In this document: piece after piece, positions 39,325 to 50,854 of the stretch
Numbering within the stretch: position 1 is the first letter of the stretch
Layout of the letters: the number at the start of each line of letters is the position of its first letter
DNA from: an uncultured Planctomycetota bacterium
GTDB taxonomy: Bacteria; Planctomycetota; Planctomycetia; Gemmatales; Gemmataceae
DNA: 64,000 nt
Direction: 5' to 3'
Assembly: GCA_963849325.1 (NCBI GenBank)
Contig: CAWKHF010000002.1
Coordinates: 800,001-864,000 of the forward strand
Made by a program: the position numbers and the translations under genes
Notes under the pieces: model-generated
What the model was told of the DNA's origin: nothing
Databases searched by the model: none
Seen by the model: only the letters and a program-made list of their open reading frames with translations

Positions 39325-41876
39325 ATGTCTCTCACACGATGTCCCGTCCTGCTGGCCCTCGCGGCCCTCACCTGTGCAGGCGGCTCCCTCTTCGCCGGCG
39401 ATCTCTACTCCGGCAAGGAACCCAGTCAAGCTCGATACGCGTCGCCCTGCCCAAGCCCGGCGAAATCAAGGCCTTCACCGTCCATCCGACGAAGATCGCC
39501 CTGAAAGGCATGCGACGACGCCCAGCAGATCGTCCTCACCGCCGACCTGCTCAACGGCCGATTCGCAAGACCTGACCGGCGACGTCAAGTACGAGGTGGC
39601 CGACAACAAGGTCGTCCGCGTCACCAGCACCGGCCGCGTCGTCCCGCTGGCCAACGGCACGACCGAGATCACCGCCATCTTCGGCGACAAGGTCGGTCAA
39701 GGTGCCGGTCACGACCGAGAACTGCGACGTGAACCTGCCGATCAACTTCGCCAACCAGATCGTGCCGATCTTCACCAAGCTCGGCTGCAACTCCGGCGGC
39801 TGCCACGGCAAGGCGAGCGGCCAGAACGGCTTCAAGATCTCGCTGCTCGGCTTCGAGCCGGAGGTCGATTACAACGCCCTGGTCAAGGAGGCGCGCGGCC
39901 GGCGCGTGTTCCCGGCCGCTCCCGACAGCAGCCTGCTGCTGCTCAAGGCGTCCGGCGGCATGGCCCACGGCGGCGGCAAGCGCATGGAGGTCGGCTCCGA
40001 CGAGTACCGCCTCATCCGCCGCTGGATCGCCGCCGGCATGCCCTTCGGCGAGAAGACCGATCCGGTCGTCACGCACATCTCGGTCTATCCCGAGCACCGC
40101 GTCATGACGCGGAACAACCAGCAGCAGTTCGCCGTCTACGCCCACTACAGCGACGGCACCGTCGAGGACATCACCCGCCGCGCCCAGTACGAGAGCAACG
40201 ATCAGGAGATCGCCGTCGTCGATGCGGCCGGCCTGGTCCGCACGCTCGGCATGAGCGGCGAGGCGGCCGTCATGGTCCGCTACCAGGAGCACGTCGCCAT
40301 CTTCCGCGCCACGGTGCCGCTGGGCGTCACGATCCCCGACTACACCTTCCCGCGCGCAGACCGTGGTCGATCAGCACACCGCACAAGAAATGGCAGGAAT
40401 CTCGGCCTGGTGCCCTCGGAGCTGTGCAGCGACGAGCAGTTCATCCGCCGGGTGTCGCTCGACCTGACCGGCACGCTGCCGACGCCGGCTCAGGTGCACG
40501 GCCTTCGTCGCCGACAAGGACCCGAACAAGCGCGACAAGCTGGTCGATCGCCTGCTGGAGTCGCCGGAATACAGCTACTATTTCGCCAACAAATGGGCGG
40601 ACATCCTGCGCGTCAAGCGCCGCAACCAGCCCGACCGGGCCAGCGGCACCTTCGCCTTCCACGACTGGATCCGCGACAGCATCGCCCGCGACAAGCCCTA
40701 CGACGAGTTCGCCCGCGACATCCTCGGCGCCAGCGGCGACGAGGTGACCAATCCGCCGACGGTGTGGTACAAGGAGCTGCAGAACCCCGAGCAGTTCGTG
40801 GACGACACGGCCCAGGTGTTCCTCGGCCTGCGCCTGGCCTGCGCCCAGTGCCACCACCATCCCTACGAGAAGTGGAGCCAGGACGACTACTGGGGCATCG
40901 CCGCCTTCTTCGGCCGGGTCGGCCGCAAGAACGTGCCGGTGCCCGGCGAGGTCAACAACCAGCAGGGCGGCCGGCAGGTCGTCTTCATCGCGCTCGCGCG
41001 GCAACGTCATCAACAAGCGCACCGGCCAGACGGCGATCATGAAGCCGCTCGACGGCAAGCCGATGGAGGTCGGCCCCGACGACGACCCGCGGCAGAAGCT
41101 GGTGGACTGGATGGTCGACGCCGGAGAACCCGTTCTTCGCCCGCGCCGTGGCCAACCGCTACTGGGCGCACTTCTTCGGCCGCGGCATCGTCGATCCGCT
41201 CGACGACATGCGCGTCACCAACCCGCCGAGCAACCCCGAACTGCTCGACGCCCTGGCCAAGGACCTGGTCGGACAACAAGTACAGCCTCAAGCACCTGAT
41301 CGCGCACGATCTGCAAGAGCCGGACCTACCAGCTCAGCTCGACGCCCAACGAGTTCAACAAGCACGACAAGCAGAACTACGCCCGCTACTATCCGCGGCG
41401 GATGAGCGCCGAGGTGCTGTTCGACGCGGTCAACCAGGTGGCCGACAGCCCGGCGCCGTTCGGCGGCCTGCCGCAGGACCGGCACGCTCCGAAGCGGGCG
41501 ATCATGCTGCCGGACGAGTCGTTCCCGTCGTACTTCCTCGACGTGTTCGGCCGGCCGCAGCGCATCAGCGCCTGCGAGTGCGAGCGCGTCAGCGAGGCCA
41601 ACCTGGCCCAGGCGCTGCACCTGCTCAACTCCGACGAGATCCAGGGCAAGCTGGCGCGGCCGGGCGGCCGGGCCGACATGCTGGCCAAGGACCCGCGGCC
41701 GGACGCCGAGAAGGTCGAGGAGATGTTCCTGTGGGCCTTCGCCCGCAAGCCGACCGACGGAACAGCGCAAGACGGCGCTGGAGCACATCGCCAAGCACGG
41801 CAAGAACAAGAAGGTCGCCTACGAGAACATCCTCTGGGCGCTGCTCAACACCAAGGAGTTCATCTTCAACCGCTGA
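39325..41876 (+). CDS. DUF1549/DUF1553 (PSD1) protein with Ig-like domains, heavily frameshifted
   Basis: GCNSGGCHG, FIRRVSLDLTGTLPT, CAQCHHHPYEKW, ANRYWAHFFGRGIV, PPSNPELLDAL, CECER, WALLNTKEFIFNR*. Confidence 0.9.
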
Positions 41877-41883
41877 TCGCACG

Positions 41884-41950
41884 CGTGGCTCGCGCATCGT
41901 TCATCGGGAATCGTGTTTTTCGATTCCCGATGAACGATGCGCGAGCCACG
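41884..41950. repeat. perfect 30-bp inverted repeat
   Basis: CGTGGCTCGCGCATCGTTCATCGGGAATCG / CGATTCCCGATGAACGATGCGCGAGCCACG. Confidence 0.9.
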
Positions 41951-42114
41951 ATTTTTTTCTCTCACCGCTACAGCTTTCCATCCGACTCCGCTCTCCCACG
42001 CGAATCCGCTCCCGTACGTCGTCCGCCCGGCGCGGAGCGCGGGTAAACTAACGTGGCATCCGCGCCGAGCCGCGTTCGTGGCCCCGAGCAAGGTGTGTGG
42101 AACGGGTGGGACTC

Positions 42115-43520
42115 ATGCAGACATCCACGAGGCTGCTCCGAGGGCTTGGTCCCGTCGTCCGAACCCTCGTCGCAACCCTCTTGTTGGTGTTGCTCGTCTC
42201 CGCCGAGCCACAACAACCAACCGCCGGTTCGTCCGGATCGGCCTTTTTTGCAGCATGTGAAGCGGCCACCCCGGATGCCAGCGCGCGACAGCATTCGCCC
42301 CGACGCAGCCGCGACGCTCCGAGCTGTTGCAGCGTCTCGGCGTGTCCGCGTGGCACGCGCGCGGCTGGCGCGGACGAGGTTTGAAGGTGGCCGTGCTCGA
42401 TTCCGGGTTCTGCGGCTACCAGGCCCATCTCGGCAAGGCGCTCCCCCGAATCGTTACAACACGCTCCTTCCGCCTGGACGGCAATTTCGAGGCCAAGGAC
42501 AGCCAGCACGGCATCCTCTGCGCGGAGGTGATTCACGCCCTGGCTCCTGAGGCGGAATTGCTGCTGGCTAACTGGGAGCCGGAACACCCGCGGCAATTTC
42601 TCGCCGCCGTCCAATGGGCGCGTCAGGAAGGGGCACGGATCATCTCGTGCTCGGTCATCATGCCGACCTGGAGCGATTGCGAGGGGCACGGCCGCATTCA
42701 CGAAGAATTGACCCACTTGCTCGGCACAGGCGAGCAGCGCGGGGACGCCCTCTTCTTCGCCAGCGCCGGCAACACGGCCCAGCGGCACTGGAGCGGCGCC
42801 TTCCAGGACGGCGGCGACGGTTATCACGCCTGGAAGCGCATGGAGGGGGTCGCCGAGACGGAGAACGCCATCAAGCCGTGGGGCGGCGAACGGGTTTCGG
42901 TCGAGCTATGCTGCCCGGTGAGCGCCAATTACGAGGTCATCGTCCGCGATGCGACCGCCGGACAACTCATTGGCCGGATGGCATCCGTGGATCGCGGAGG
43001 CACCGGGAACGCGGTGGTCGCGTTCGTACCGGAGACGGGTCACGATTACCGTGTCCGCGTCCGGCGGCTGCGCAGCGGATCGGCGGGCTTTCATCTGGTC
43101 GTCCTCGGCGGTGGATTGCGCCACGCTACCCGTCCGGGAAGCATCCCCTTTCCCGGCGATGGTCCCGAGGTCGTCGCCGTGGGCGCGGTGGATCACGCCG
43201 GCCGACGACTCAGCTACAGCTCGTGCGGTCCCCAGCGCGGCGTCGGCAAACCGGATTTGGTAGCGCCGGTGCCCTTCCCGAGCGCCTGGCGGACGCGCCC
43301 TTTCTCCGGCACGTCCGCGGCCGCTCCCCAGGCCGCCGCCCTGGCCACTCTGGTCTGGTCGCGCCATACCGAGTGGAATGCCGGCCGCGTCTCCGCTGTG
43401 CTGAAGAACACCGCTCGTCCCTGCTCCAACAGTAGCCCTCCCTGGGAGACCGGCCACGGGCTGATTCATCTCCCTGGTGCGTCCGCGACGGAGTCCGATC
43501 GATCAATCCTTCTGCCCTGA
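42115..43520 (+). CDS. S8 subtilisin-family peptidase, frameshift near 42310
   Basis: VAVLDSG, HG, SAGN, KPDLVAP, FSGTSAAAP; signal-like N-terminus in ORF 42097..42384. Confidence 0.9.
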
Positions 43521-43554
43521 TCCGTTCGCGCTCCCTCGGTGGATGCGCAGCATC

Positions 43555-44465
43555 TTACTCGAACACTCCCATGTCCGTAAAGCGGCGGACTATCTCAAAT
43601 ACCTTCTGCAGGTCGAAGCAGACATAGAACGCCGGATAGCGACGGCCTTGGCCGCCCAGGCAGACCTCGACCTCGTCTGCCTCCTGATTGGGATCGTAGT
43701 AAATCCAGCCGTCGCCCGGTTCGCGGAGAACGTACTTCCCATTGCCTCCGAGGATGTCCAGCGCGAGTCCCTGATCCGGCTCCCCTCGCCAAAGGCGAAC
43801 GGACGGTCGCACCTCCTGATCCAAATCTCGGATACTCAGCGCGATCTGTTCCCAGGAGGCGTTCCGATGTCGGACTTCAACAGGTTGCTGGATCCCTCGA
43901 CATAAAGTTATCTCCAGGCATATTTCTTTGGCTGTCTGGCTTGTCCCCATTCGGTGCCGCGGCGCGGGCCGTTCGTCGCGAGCCGCCGCCGAAAGGGTCA
44001 TTAACAGTTCGATCCAAAAATCGGAGCGGAGGGGATTGCCGCTCGCATAGACCACCTCCCCATTTACGAGGAGTCGATTTTGTAAATGCCGCATGCCCTT
44101 TAAGAGCAGGCGCAGCCCTCTGAAAGGTGTATACATCCACAGGATGTCCGCCAGACTCGGTTTAACATAGTGGACCTCCTCAATGTCTGATAAATAGACG
44201 GGGTCGGAGAGGAAGCTCGAATAAAGTCCTCGGTTGGTGAGTAGGAGTCCGGCTTTGCCGTTCCGCAAAAAAGAGCTGTCGATGAACGCTAACGGTGTTT
44301 CGTTGTCACTCATCTCTCGGGCGAAGCGAGTGGCCGCGTTGGCCAGATGGTCTTGGCGAATGTTCCCTAGCGCGGCAGAATTCCTTTGGCCCCATGCTTT
44401 TCGGCGATTTCGCGTAGCATCGACTCCGCCTGTTCTTCGGGGAGCAACTTCGGATACTTGCTCAT
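43555..44465 (-). CDS. hypothetical two-domain protein with Imm1-like C-terminus, probable frameshift near 44385
   Basis: Low GC; ETPLAFIDSSFLRNGKAGLLLTNRGLY; C-terminal WEQIALSIRDLD...GGQGRRYPA..VRRFTDMG. Confidence 0.6.
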
Positions 44466-44690
44466 ATTTCGTTTGCAATCGAACGAGGGTTTGACCGCCA
44501 TGGTCAGAAGTCTATGCTGGGAGAGTTGGATGCCTCCGTCAAGTCGATTCCCTCCCTGCGATTCGCGCGGGCATGTAGAGGCGCAATTGATGCTTGACAG
44601 GTGCGCCTTCATCGCCTTAGATGGATTCGCCGACTCTCCGATAATCATCTCCGGAAGCCGCTTGCGGCTTTGGAGGCCGAGTTCCTCGCC

Positions 44691-45619
44691 ATGTCCTTCC
44701 GCTTGTTCATCTATTATTGTGCCTTGTGTGGCGGCGGAGGCGCCTTCGTGGGCTGGTGCTGGGCCGGCCCCTGAACATTCACAATCCGGTGCTGTCCCAG
44801 GGTGTCAAGGGCATGCTCCTGGGCCTTTCAGTGACCCTGGCGCTGGGAGTGGTCGATGCCCTGTGGGTCTTCTCCCCCCAGCGCGTCGTGGCCATTGGCT
44901 TGCGCGTCGCCACCGCCGTCGTTGTCGGCACCATGGGCGGGTTACTCGGAGGGCTGGTGAGCCAGGCCTTGTATGGTTGGACGGAGTGGGCCTTCTTTCT
45001 CGTCCTGGGTTGGACGATCACTGGCTTTCTCATCGGCGTGTCGCTGGGCGTTTTTGACTTGCTGGCCTGCCTCCTCCAAGGACAGGATCCCGGCGCCGCG
45101 CTGCGGAAGGTCTTGAAGGCCGTGCTGGGCGGCACGGCGGGCGGAGTGCTGGGCGGCATCCTCTCGCTCCTGCTGCACAGCGGCTGGACGCGGCTGCTGG
45201 GGTCCAGGCCCGAGATGCAGGAACACCTTTGGAGTCCCAGCGCCTGGGGTTTCGTCGCCCTGGGAGCGTGCATCGGCCTGTTGATCGGATTGGCCCAGGT
45301 CATCCTGAAGGAAGCCTGGCTCAAGGTCGAGTCCGGCTTTCGCAAGGGACGGGAAGTGATTCTGTCCAAGCCGGAGGTCACGATCGGTCGGGCCGAGAGC
45401 TGCGACATTGGCCTATTCGGCGATCCGCAGGTCGAGAAGCTGCACGCACGCATCCGCCTGGAGGGCAATCGACACGTGCTGGTCGATGAAGGCTCCGGCT
45501 CCGGCACCTATGTCAACGACGAACGCCTCCAGGGTTCGCGGATGCTGCGCTCCGGCGACGCCATCCGCGTGGGCAAGAACGTGCTCCGCTTCGGCGAACG
45601 CCAGAAACAGTCGAATTGA
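44691..45619 (+). CDS. multi-pass membrane protein with C-terminal FHA domain, frameshift near 44740
   Basis: MSFRLFIYYCALCGG start; Gly-rich TM helices; TIGR..CDI..HARI..GTYVN..LRSGDAIRVG. Confidence 0.85.
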
Positions 45620-45658
45620 TGGTTGAATGCCAATCATCAATTCGATCGGGGAGGGACC

Positions 45659-48471
45659 ATGGCCCTTGTCTGCCGCAACTGTAAGCGGGTCAATCCGGCG
45701 GAGGCGCATTACTGCTACTGGGACGGCGCCGTGCTGGATGGCCACGCGCGGCGCGCGGCCCCATCGCCATCGGCGCTCAGCCGTTCCTGAGTCCGTTCGT
45801 GTTCCCTTCGGGCCGGCAGTGTCGCAATTTCGACGAGCTGGTGTTGGCCTGTTACGGCGAGTGGAAGGAGGCGCTGGATCTGCTGCGGCAGGGGTATCTG
45901 GAAGGGTTCTTCGGCGCTCTGGGGCGAGCGGATCTGGCCCTGGCGGCGCGGCAGGCGGTGAGCGCCGCCGACCTCGATCGCGGCCTGGACCATCTGCTGA
46001 GCAAGCTGCCGTGCAGCACGCGCGAACCGCCGAAGCTGTTCGCCCAGCCGCAGGAGGTCAACCTCGGACAGATCTCGCGCAGCGCCGATCGGCAATTCAT
46101 GCTGCACATCGAGAACCAGGGCATGGGCCTGCTGCAAGGCAGCATTGTCTGCGAAGACATGGCCTGGCTGTCGCTGGGCGAAGGAGCGGGCTCGCCGCGC
46201 AAGGTGTTCCAGTGTCTTAACGAATTCACGCTGACCGTGCAGGTCCACGCCAAGGCGCTCTGCGCCGGCAACAAGACGCTGGAAGGCCGGATCACCGTCG
46301 AATCCAACGGCGGGTCCACCGTCATTGTCGTGCGCGCCGACGTGCCGGTGCAGCCGTTTCCCGATGGCGTCCTGGCCGGGGCCATCTCGCCGCGGCAGGT
46401 CGCCGAGAAGTCCAAGGCCAACCCCAAGGGCGCCGCTCCCTTCTTCGAGAAAGGGGCCGTCGCCGCCTGGTACGAGAGCAACGGCTGGACCTATCCCGTG
46501 CAAGGTCCGGCCTCGTCCGGACTGGGCGCCATCCAGCAGTTCTTCGAGGCGCTCGGCCTGGTCAAGCCGCCCGTGGTCGAGATCAGCGAGCAGTCGCTGC
46601 ACCTGCACGGGGCGCCCGGCGCCAGCCTGGAGCATATCTTGCAGGTGCGGGCGGTGGAGAAACGTCCGGTGTTCGCCTACGCCACCACGGCGACGCCCTG
46701 GATACGGATCGGCCGCGTCGTCCTCGATGGCCGAACCGCGCGCATTCCGGTGAAGGTGCCGAGCGTGCCGGCCCAGCCGGGCGAATATCTGCACGGCAAG
46801 GTGCAGGTGACGGCCAACGGCAATCAGCGCTTCGTGGTCGAAGTGTCGCTGACCATCGCCGGCCGGATGTCCATGCGCGCGGACCAACTGCCCCCCGGCG
46901 CCGTGTTCGACATGGATGAGGTGCTCGAAGTCATGCCCGTGCAATCGGTGCCGGAGAGGGCGGTCGAGACGAAAAGCATCGCCGAGGTGCTGACGGCCGT
47001 CGAGGCCGTGCCCGTGCATCGCGGCCACGACAACGTCCTCGAAGTGCTCCCGGTGATCCCGGCGGATGACGGACCGCGGCATGAGCGGGACGATGATTTC
47101 GCCCGAAAAGTCGCGCGCATTCACGAACCATCCGCCGGCGGTTTCGTCAAGCATCTGGTCCCGCTGGCCGTCCTCACGCTGCTCCTGCTGATCGTGGTCG
47201 GCCATGACCTGTGGGTGATCGTGAAGCAGTCCGGCGCAGGCAACGCCTCCGAGCCGGGCCTGGTCGATCCCGACCCGTACCTCGCCATCCGCTTCCACGA
47301 TGGACCCAAGGAGCGGGATGACAAGATGCCGGAACCGACCATGCGCTTCGGCCTGGTCATGCTGCGCGAGAAGGATCCCGAGCACCCCGATCGCCTGAAA
47401 AAGCTGACCTTCGACGAGTGGGGCCGGACGAACAACACCTGTCTGCGCGTGGATGGGAAAGATTATCTGTTCGGCCAACCGCCCGGCACCTGGGAGGCGA
47501 TGAAGAGTAAGCTGCCAGGCGAAACGGCCGGCCGACCGCGCGACGGTCTCGCCTCTTCGTGGTCGCTGTCGAGACCGCGGATCAAGGTGACGCAGGAAGT
47601 CGAGATCGTGCCCGGCGAACAGTCGCGCCGCCTGGACACCTGCCTGGTGCGCTACACCCTGGAAAACAAGGACGCCGTCCGGCACAAGGTCGGCATCCGC
47701 TTCCTGCTGGACACTTACATCGGCGCCAACGACGGCGTGCCCTTCACCATCCCCGGAGCGAGCGGCTTGTGCGATAGCCTCATGAAGTTCGACCGGGCCG
47801 CCGAGGTGCCCGATTTCATTCAGGCGCTGGAGAAGGACGATCCGCGGCAGCCGGGCACCGTGGCATACTTGCAGTTCCGCGTCGGCAAGCAGATGGAGAG
47901 TCCCGAGCGGGTCACGCTCGGAGGTTGGCCCAATCAAGAGCTGCGTCAGTTCGGCTACTGGACGGCACTGTCGCAGCTCACCAAATGGGACGTGCCGTTT
48001 CTCTCGATGAAGGAACTGGATGTGCGGGCGCGACAGATCGGCAAGCGCCGCCCCGGATTCGGCGGTGACGATGTACTGGGAGGAACGAGAGCTGGGGCCG
48101 GACCAGACGCGCGTGGTGGGCTTCCTGTATGGCCTGGGCAACGTGGACTCGCGCGAGAGCGAGGGCCATCTGCTGCTGACGGTTGGCGGCCGGATGGTAC
48201 GCCACGGCGAGTTCACGCTGACGGCGCTGGTCCACAATCCACAGGCGGGCGAGAGGCTTACCCTGACGCTGCCGCGCGGCTTCTCGATCCTTGAAGGCGG
48301 TACGGGCCAGGATGTGCCGCCGGTACCAGCCGGCGCGACATGGGCGGATAGCCCCGTCACCTGGCGCTCTGCGCCGGCGACGATGGCAAGTATGACTTGG
48401 CGGTGCAGTCGAACAAGGGGGCCAAGCAGAAACTTCCCATCGCCATCCGCACGCGCGGCGTGTTTGATTAA
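45659..48471 (+). CDS. large protein: N-terminal Zn-ribbon, two BACON/Ig-like repeats, TM helix and extracytoplasmic beta domain; frameshifts near 45750, 48045, 48370
   Basis: MALVCRNCKRVNPAEAHYCYWDG; LHIENQGMGLLQGSI..WL, ITVESNGG; TM LVPLAVLTLLLLIVVG; ends RGVFD*. Confidence 0.7.
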
Positions 48472-48506
48472 GAGTCACCAGCAGAATCCATTTCTCGTTC
48501 GCCCTC

Positions 48507-48620
48507 GTTCCCAAGCTCCGCTTGGGAACGCACGTCAGGAAGCTCCGCTTCCTGTCCGGTGATGGAGTGGGCCGCGAAGCGGAGCTTCGCCCCGTGCGTT
48601 CCCAAGCAGAGCTTGGGAAC
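48507..48620. repeat. composite REP/MITE-like nested palindrome
   Basis: GTTCCCAAGCTCCGCTTGGGAACGCAC ... GTGCGTTCCCAAGCAGAGCTTGGGAAC with inner GAAGCTCCGCTTC / GAAGCGGAGCTTC. Confidence 0.85.
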
Positions 48621-48631
48621 CAGAAGGAGGT

Positions 48632-49492
48632 TCACTTTTTCCCTTCCTTCCTCAGCAATTCGGCATGAACGTGGGCCACGTCGCCCATGTAAGAACCAAT
48701 GCGATACTTGCCCTCCGCCAATGTCATGTGTTCCAGTGCCTTCTTCTTGTCGCCGGTCACGTCGTAATACAGTCCCAGATAGAGATGAGCGTAGAACAGT
48801 TGCTGCTTGCGCAGCTCGGTAGGCACTTCGCCGGCTTTTGCGGCATCGAGCACGTCGGCCGGCTTCAACTTGCCGCGATAGAGGTCGTACACCTCCATCA
48901 TGGGCACGCGCCGATCTCTGCCAATCTTGAGCATGGCCTCCCGCGCCTGGTCGATGCCCAGCCGGCGGGCGTTGCAGAGGAAATGCCAGACGGCGTTCTC
49001 CACATCATTGGTATCTACTTTCTCGTAGCCCTCGAACTGCTTGCGGCCGTCGTCGAAGCGGCCGACGTAATACAGGGAGATGCCGCGCTTCCAGTGGCCG
49101 GGCGCCGCCTTGGGTCGCAGCTGGAGAAAGCGGTCGAAGTCGGCCAGAGATTCCTTGATGCGGCCGAGCTTGAACTGCTCGCTACCGCGGTGATCATAGG
49201 CTTCGGCGAGGCGAGGGTCTCGTTGCAGGCATCGGTCGAAGTCGGCGATCGCCTCGGTGTGCTGCCGCAAGACTTCGTGAACCATGCCCCTCAGGAGATA
49301 GCCGCGCGCGTCCTTCGCATCAGCTTCGATCGCCTTGTTCGCCCACTCCATCGCCTTCTTGGTTTCCTGTTTCATTAAGGCGGCCTCACCCCGCTGGAGA
49401 TAGTCGTCAACCGTGTCGGCGCGGACGGGCGACGACAGAGAGCCGACGACGAGGAGGCCGAGAGCGAAGACAGACAGGCGGCGCGGACGCAT
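48632..49492 (-). CDS. exported TPR protein (NlpI-like)
   Basis: Signal peptide, TPRs, WKRGISLYY, NDVENAVWHFLC, FYAHLYLGLYY. Confidence 0.85.
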   Translation of the reverse strand: MRPRRLSVFALGLLVVGSLSSPVRADTVDDYLQRGEAALMKQETKKAMEWANKAIEADAKDARGYLLRGMVHEVLRQHTEAIADFDRCLQRDPRLAEAYDHRGSEQFKLGRIKESLADFDRFLQLRPKAAPGHWKRGISLYYVGRFDDGRKQFEGYEKVDTNDVENAVWHFLCNARRLGIDQAREAMLKIGRDRRVPMMEVYDLYRGKLKPADVLDAAKAGEVPTELRKQQLFYAHLYLGLYYDVTGDKKKALEHMTLAEGKYRIGSYMGDVAHVHAELLRKEGKK

Positions 49493-49592
49493 GGTTTCTT
49501 CTCCACGTCAGAGGATGGAATCGCGGCGCTATCTTACGGAGCCGGTCATGCACTGGCCGGGGTCGATACAATACGCTTCACGGAGGGAAAAC

Positions 49593-50833
49593 ATGAAGAG
49601 ACGATGGTGGTTCCTGGCGGCGGCCCTCGGTTTGTGCGGCTGGAATCCGGGGCGCGCGACGAAGGCGGAAATGCCGGGCAAACCGGAGGCGCCGCGCTGG
49701 TTGAGCGGCTGGGAGGAGGGCCGGAAGGCAGCGCGGGACAGCGGCAAGCCGATTTTCGTCGTCTTCCGCTGCGAGCACTGACTGGACTGCCATCCGTTCG
49801 ACGGGCAGGTCGCTCGTCTGGATCGCGTCCTCGCCGACGCGGCGAAGGAGTTTGTGCTCGTCCGTATCAATCACATGCGCGGGGTCGATCTCGACCTCTT
49901 CGATTTCGATTACGACCTCACCTGGATGGGTTTCTTCCTCAACGCCGACGGGACGATCTACGGCCGCTACGGCGGGCGCGACGCCGAATCGGCTGACAGC
50001 CGAATGTCACTGGCGGGTCTACGAAACGCCATGACCGCGGCCCTGGAGCGGCATCATCGCGGAGGGATCGCTCAGTCGGAGCCGATGCCGCGTCCTTCTC
50101 GTGCCGTGGAGCAGTATCCAGCAGCGCGGCGGCTGCCCGAGCGCGCCTGCATCCACTGCCATCAAGTCTACGACCTCCGCCGCGAGAGCCGGCAAGCGGC
50201 CGGGAAATGGCGGCTCGATGAAGTATGGGTCTACCCTATGCCTGAGAACGTGGGGCTGACTCTCGATGTTGATCGTGGCGACTCCGTCGCTCGGGTTGCC
50301 GTGGATTCGCCGGCGTCGCGCCTCGGCATCCGGGCGGGGGACCGCCTGCGCACGGTCAACCGCCAACCCGTCGCTTCCTTTGCCGACGTCCAATACGCCC
50401 TGCATCGCGCCCCGGCTCGCGGGCGCTGCCGATCACCTGGGAGCACGAAGGACAAACTCAGGAGGGAGAATTGACGCTGGCGGATGGCTGGCGAAAAACG
50501 GACATTTCCTGGCGCTGGTCGCTGCGCGGCCTCGATCCACCGCCGTGGGTACACGGCGACGACCTGTCGGCGGAAGAGAAGCAAGCGCTCGGCCTGGGCG
50601 CCAACCGGCTCGCGTTCCGCCAGGGTCCGTTCGTCTCCGAGCCGGCGCGGCAGGCGGGCATCCGCCAAAACGACGTCATCCTCGGCATCGACGGCAAAAT
50701 GCTGGAGATGACGTCTCGGCAGTTCGCCGGCTACGTTCGCCTAAACTACCGCGTGGGAGATCGCGTCACCTACAACCTGTTGCGGCGAGGAGCGCGCCTA
50801 GACGTTTCCTTGCGCCTGTTGGGTCGGCCTTGA
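49593..50833 (+). CDS. thioredoxin-like/PDZ putative selenoprotein (Sec at TGA 49779-49781) with CxxCH; frameshift near 50430
   Basis: Signal peptide; W..GRKAARDSGKPIFVVFRCEH-TGA-LDCHPFD continues in frame into FDFDYDLTW..YGRYGGR, CIHCHQ and two PDZ-like domains. Confidence 0.85.
49792..49823 (+). promoter_or_regulatory. bacterial SECIS-like hairpin
   Basis: ATCCG-TTC-GACGGGC-AGGTC-GCTCGTC-TGGAT, beginning about 10 nt after the TGA; G-containing apical loop. Confidence 0.7.
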
Positions 50834-50854
50834 AGAGATTGGACGGCGCGATTG

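Noticed and set aside
44594-44622. TTGACA promoter upstream of the FHA gene
   Set aside because: Perfect -35 but no convincing -10 at the right spacing; too weak to call
45715-48360. Long antisense ORFs (e.g. 45715..48360, 10712..12310, 30037..31791, 28193..29632)
   Set aside because: Shadow ORFs of high-GC genes on the opposite strand, with no recognisable motifs
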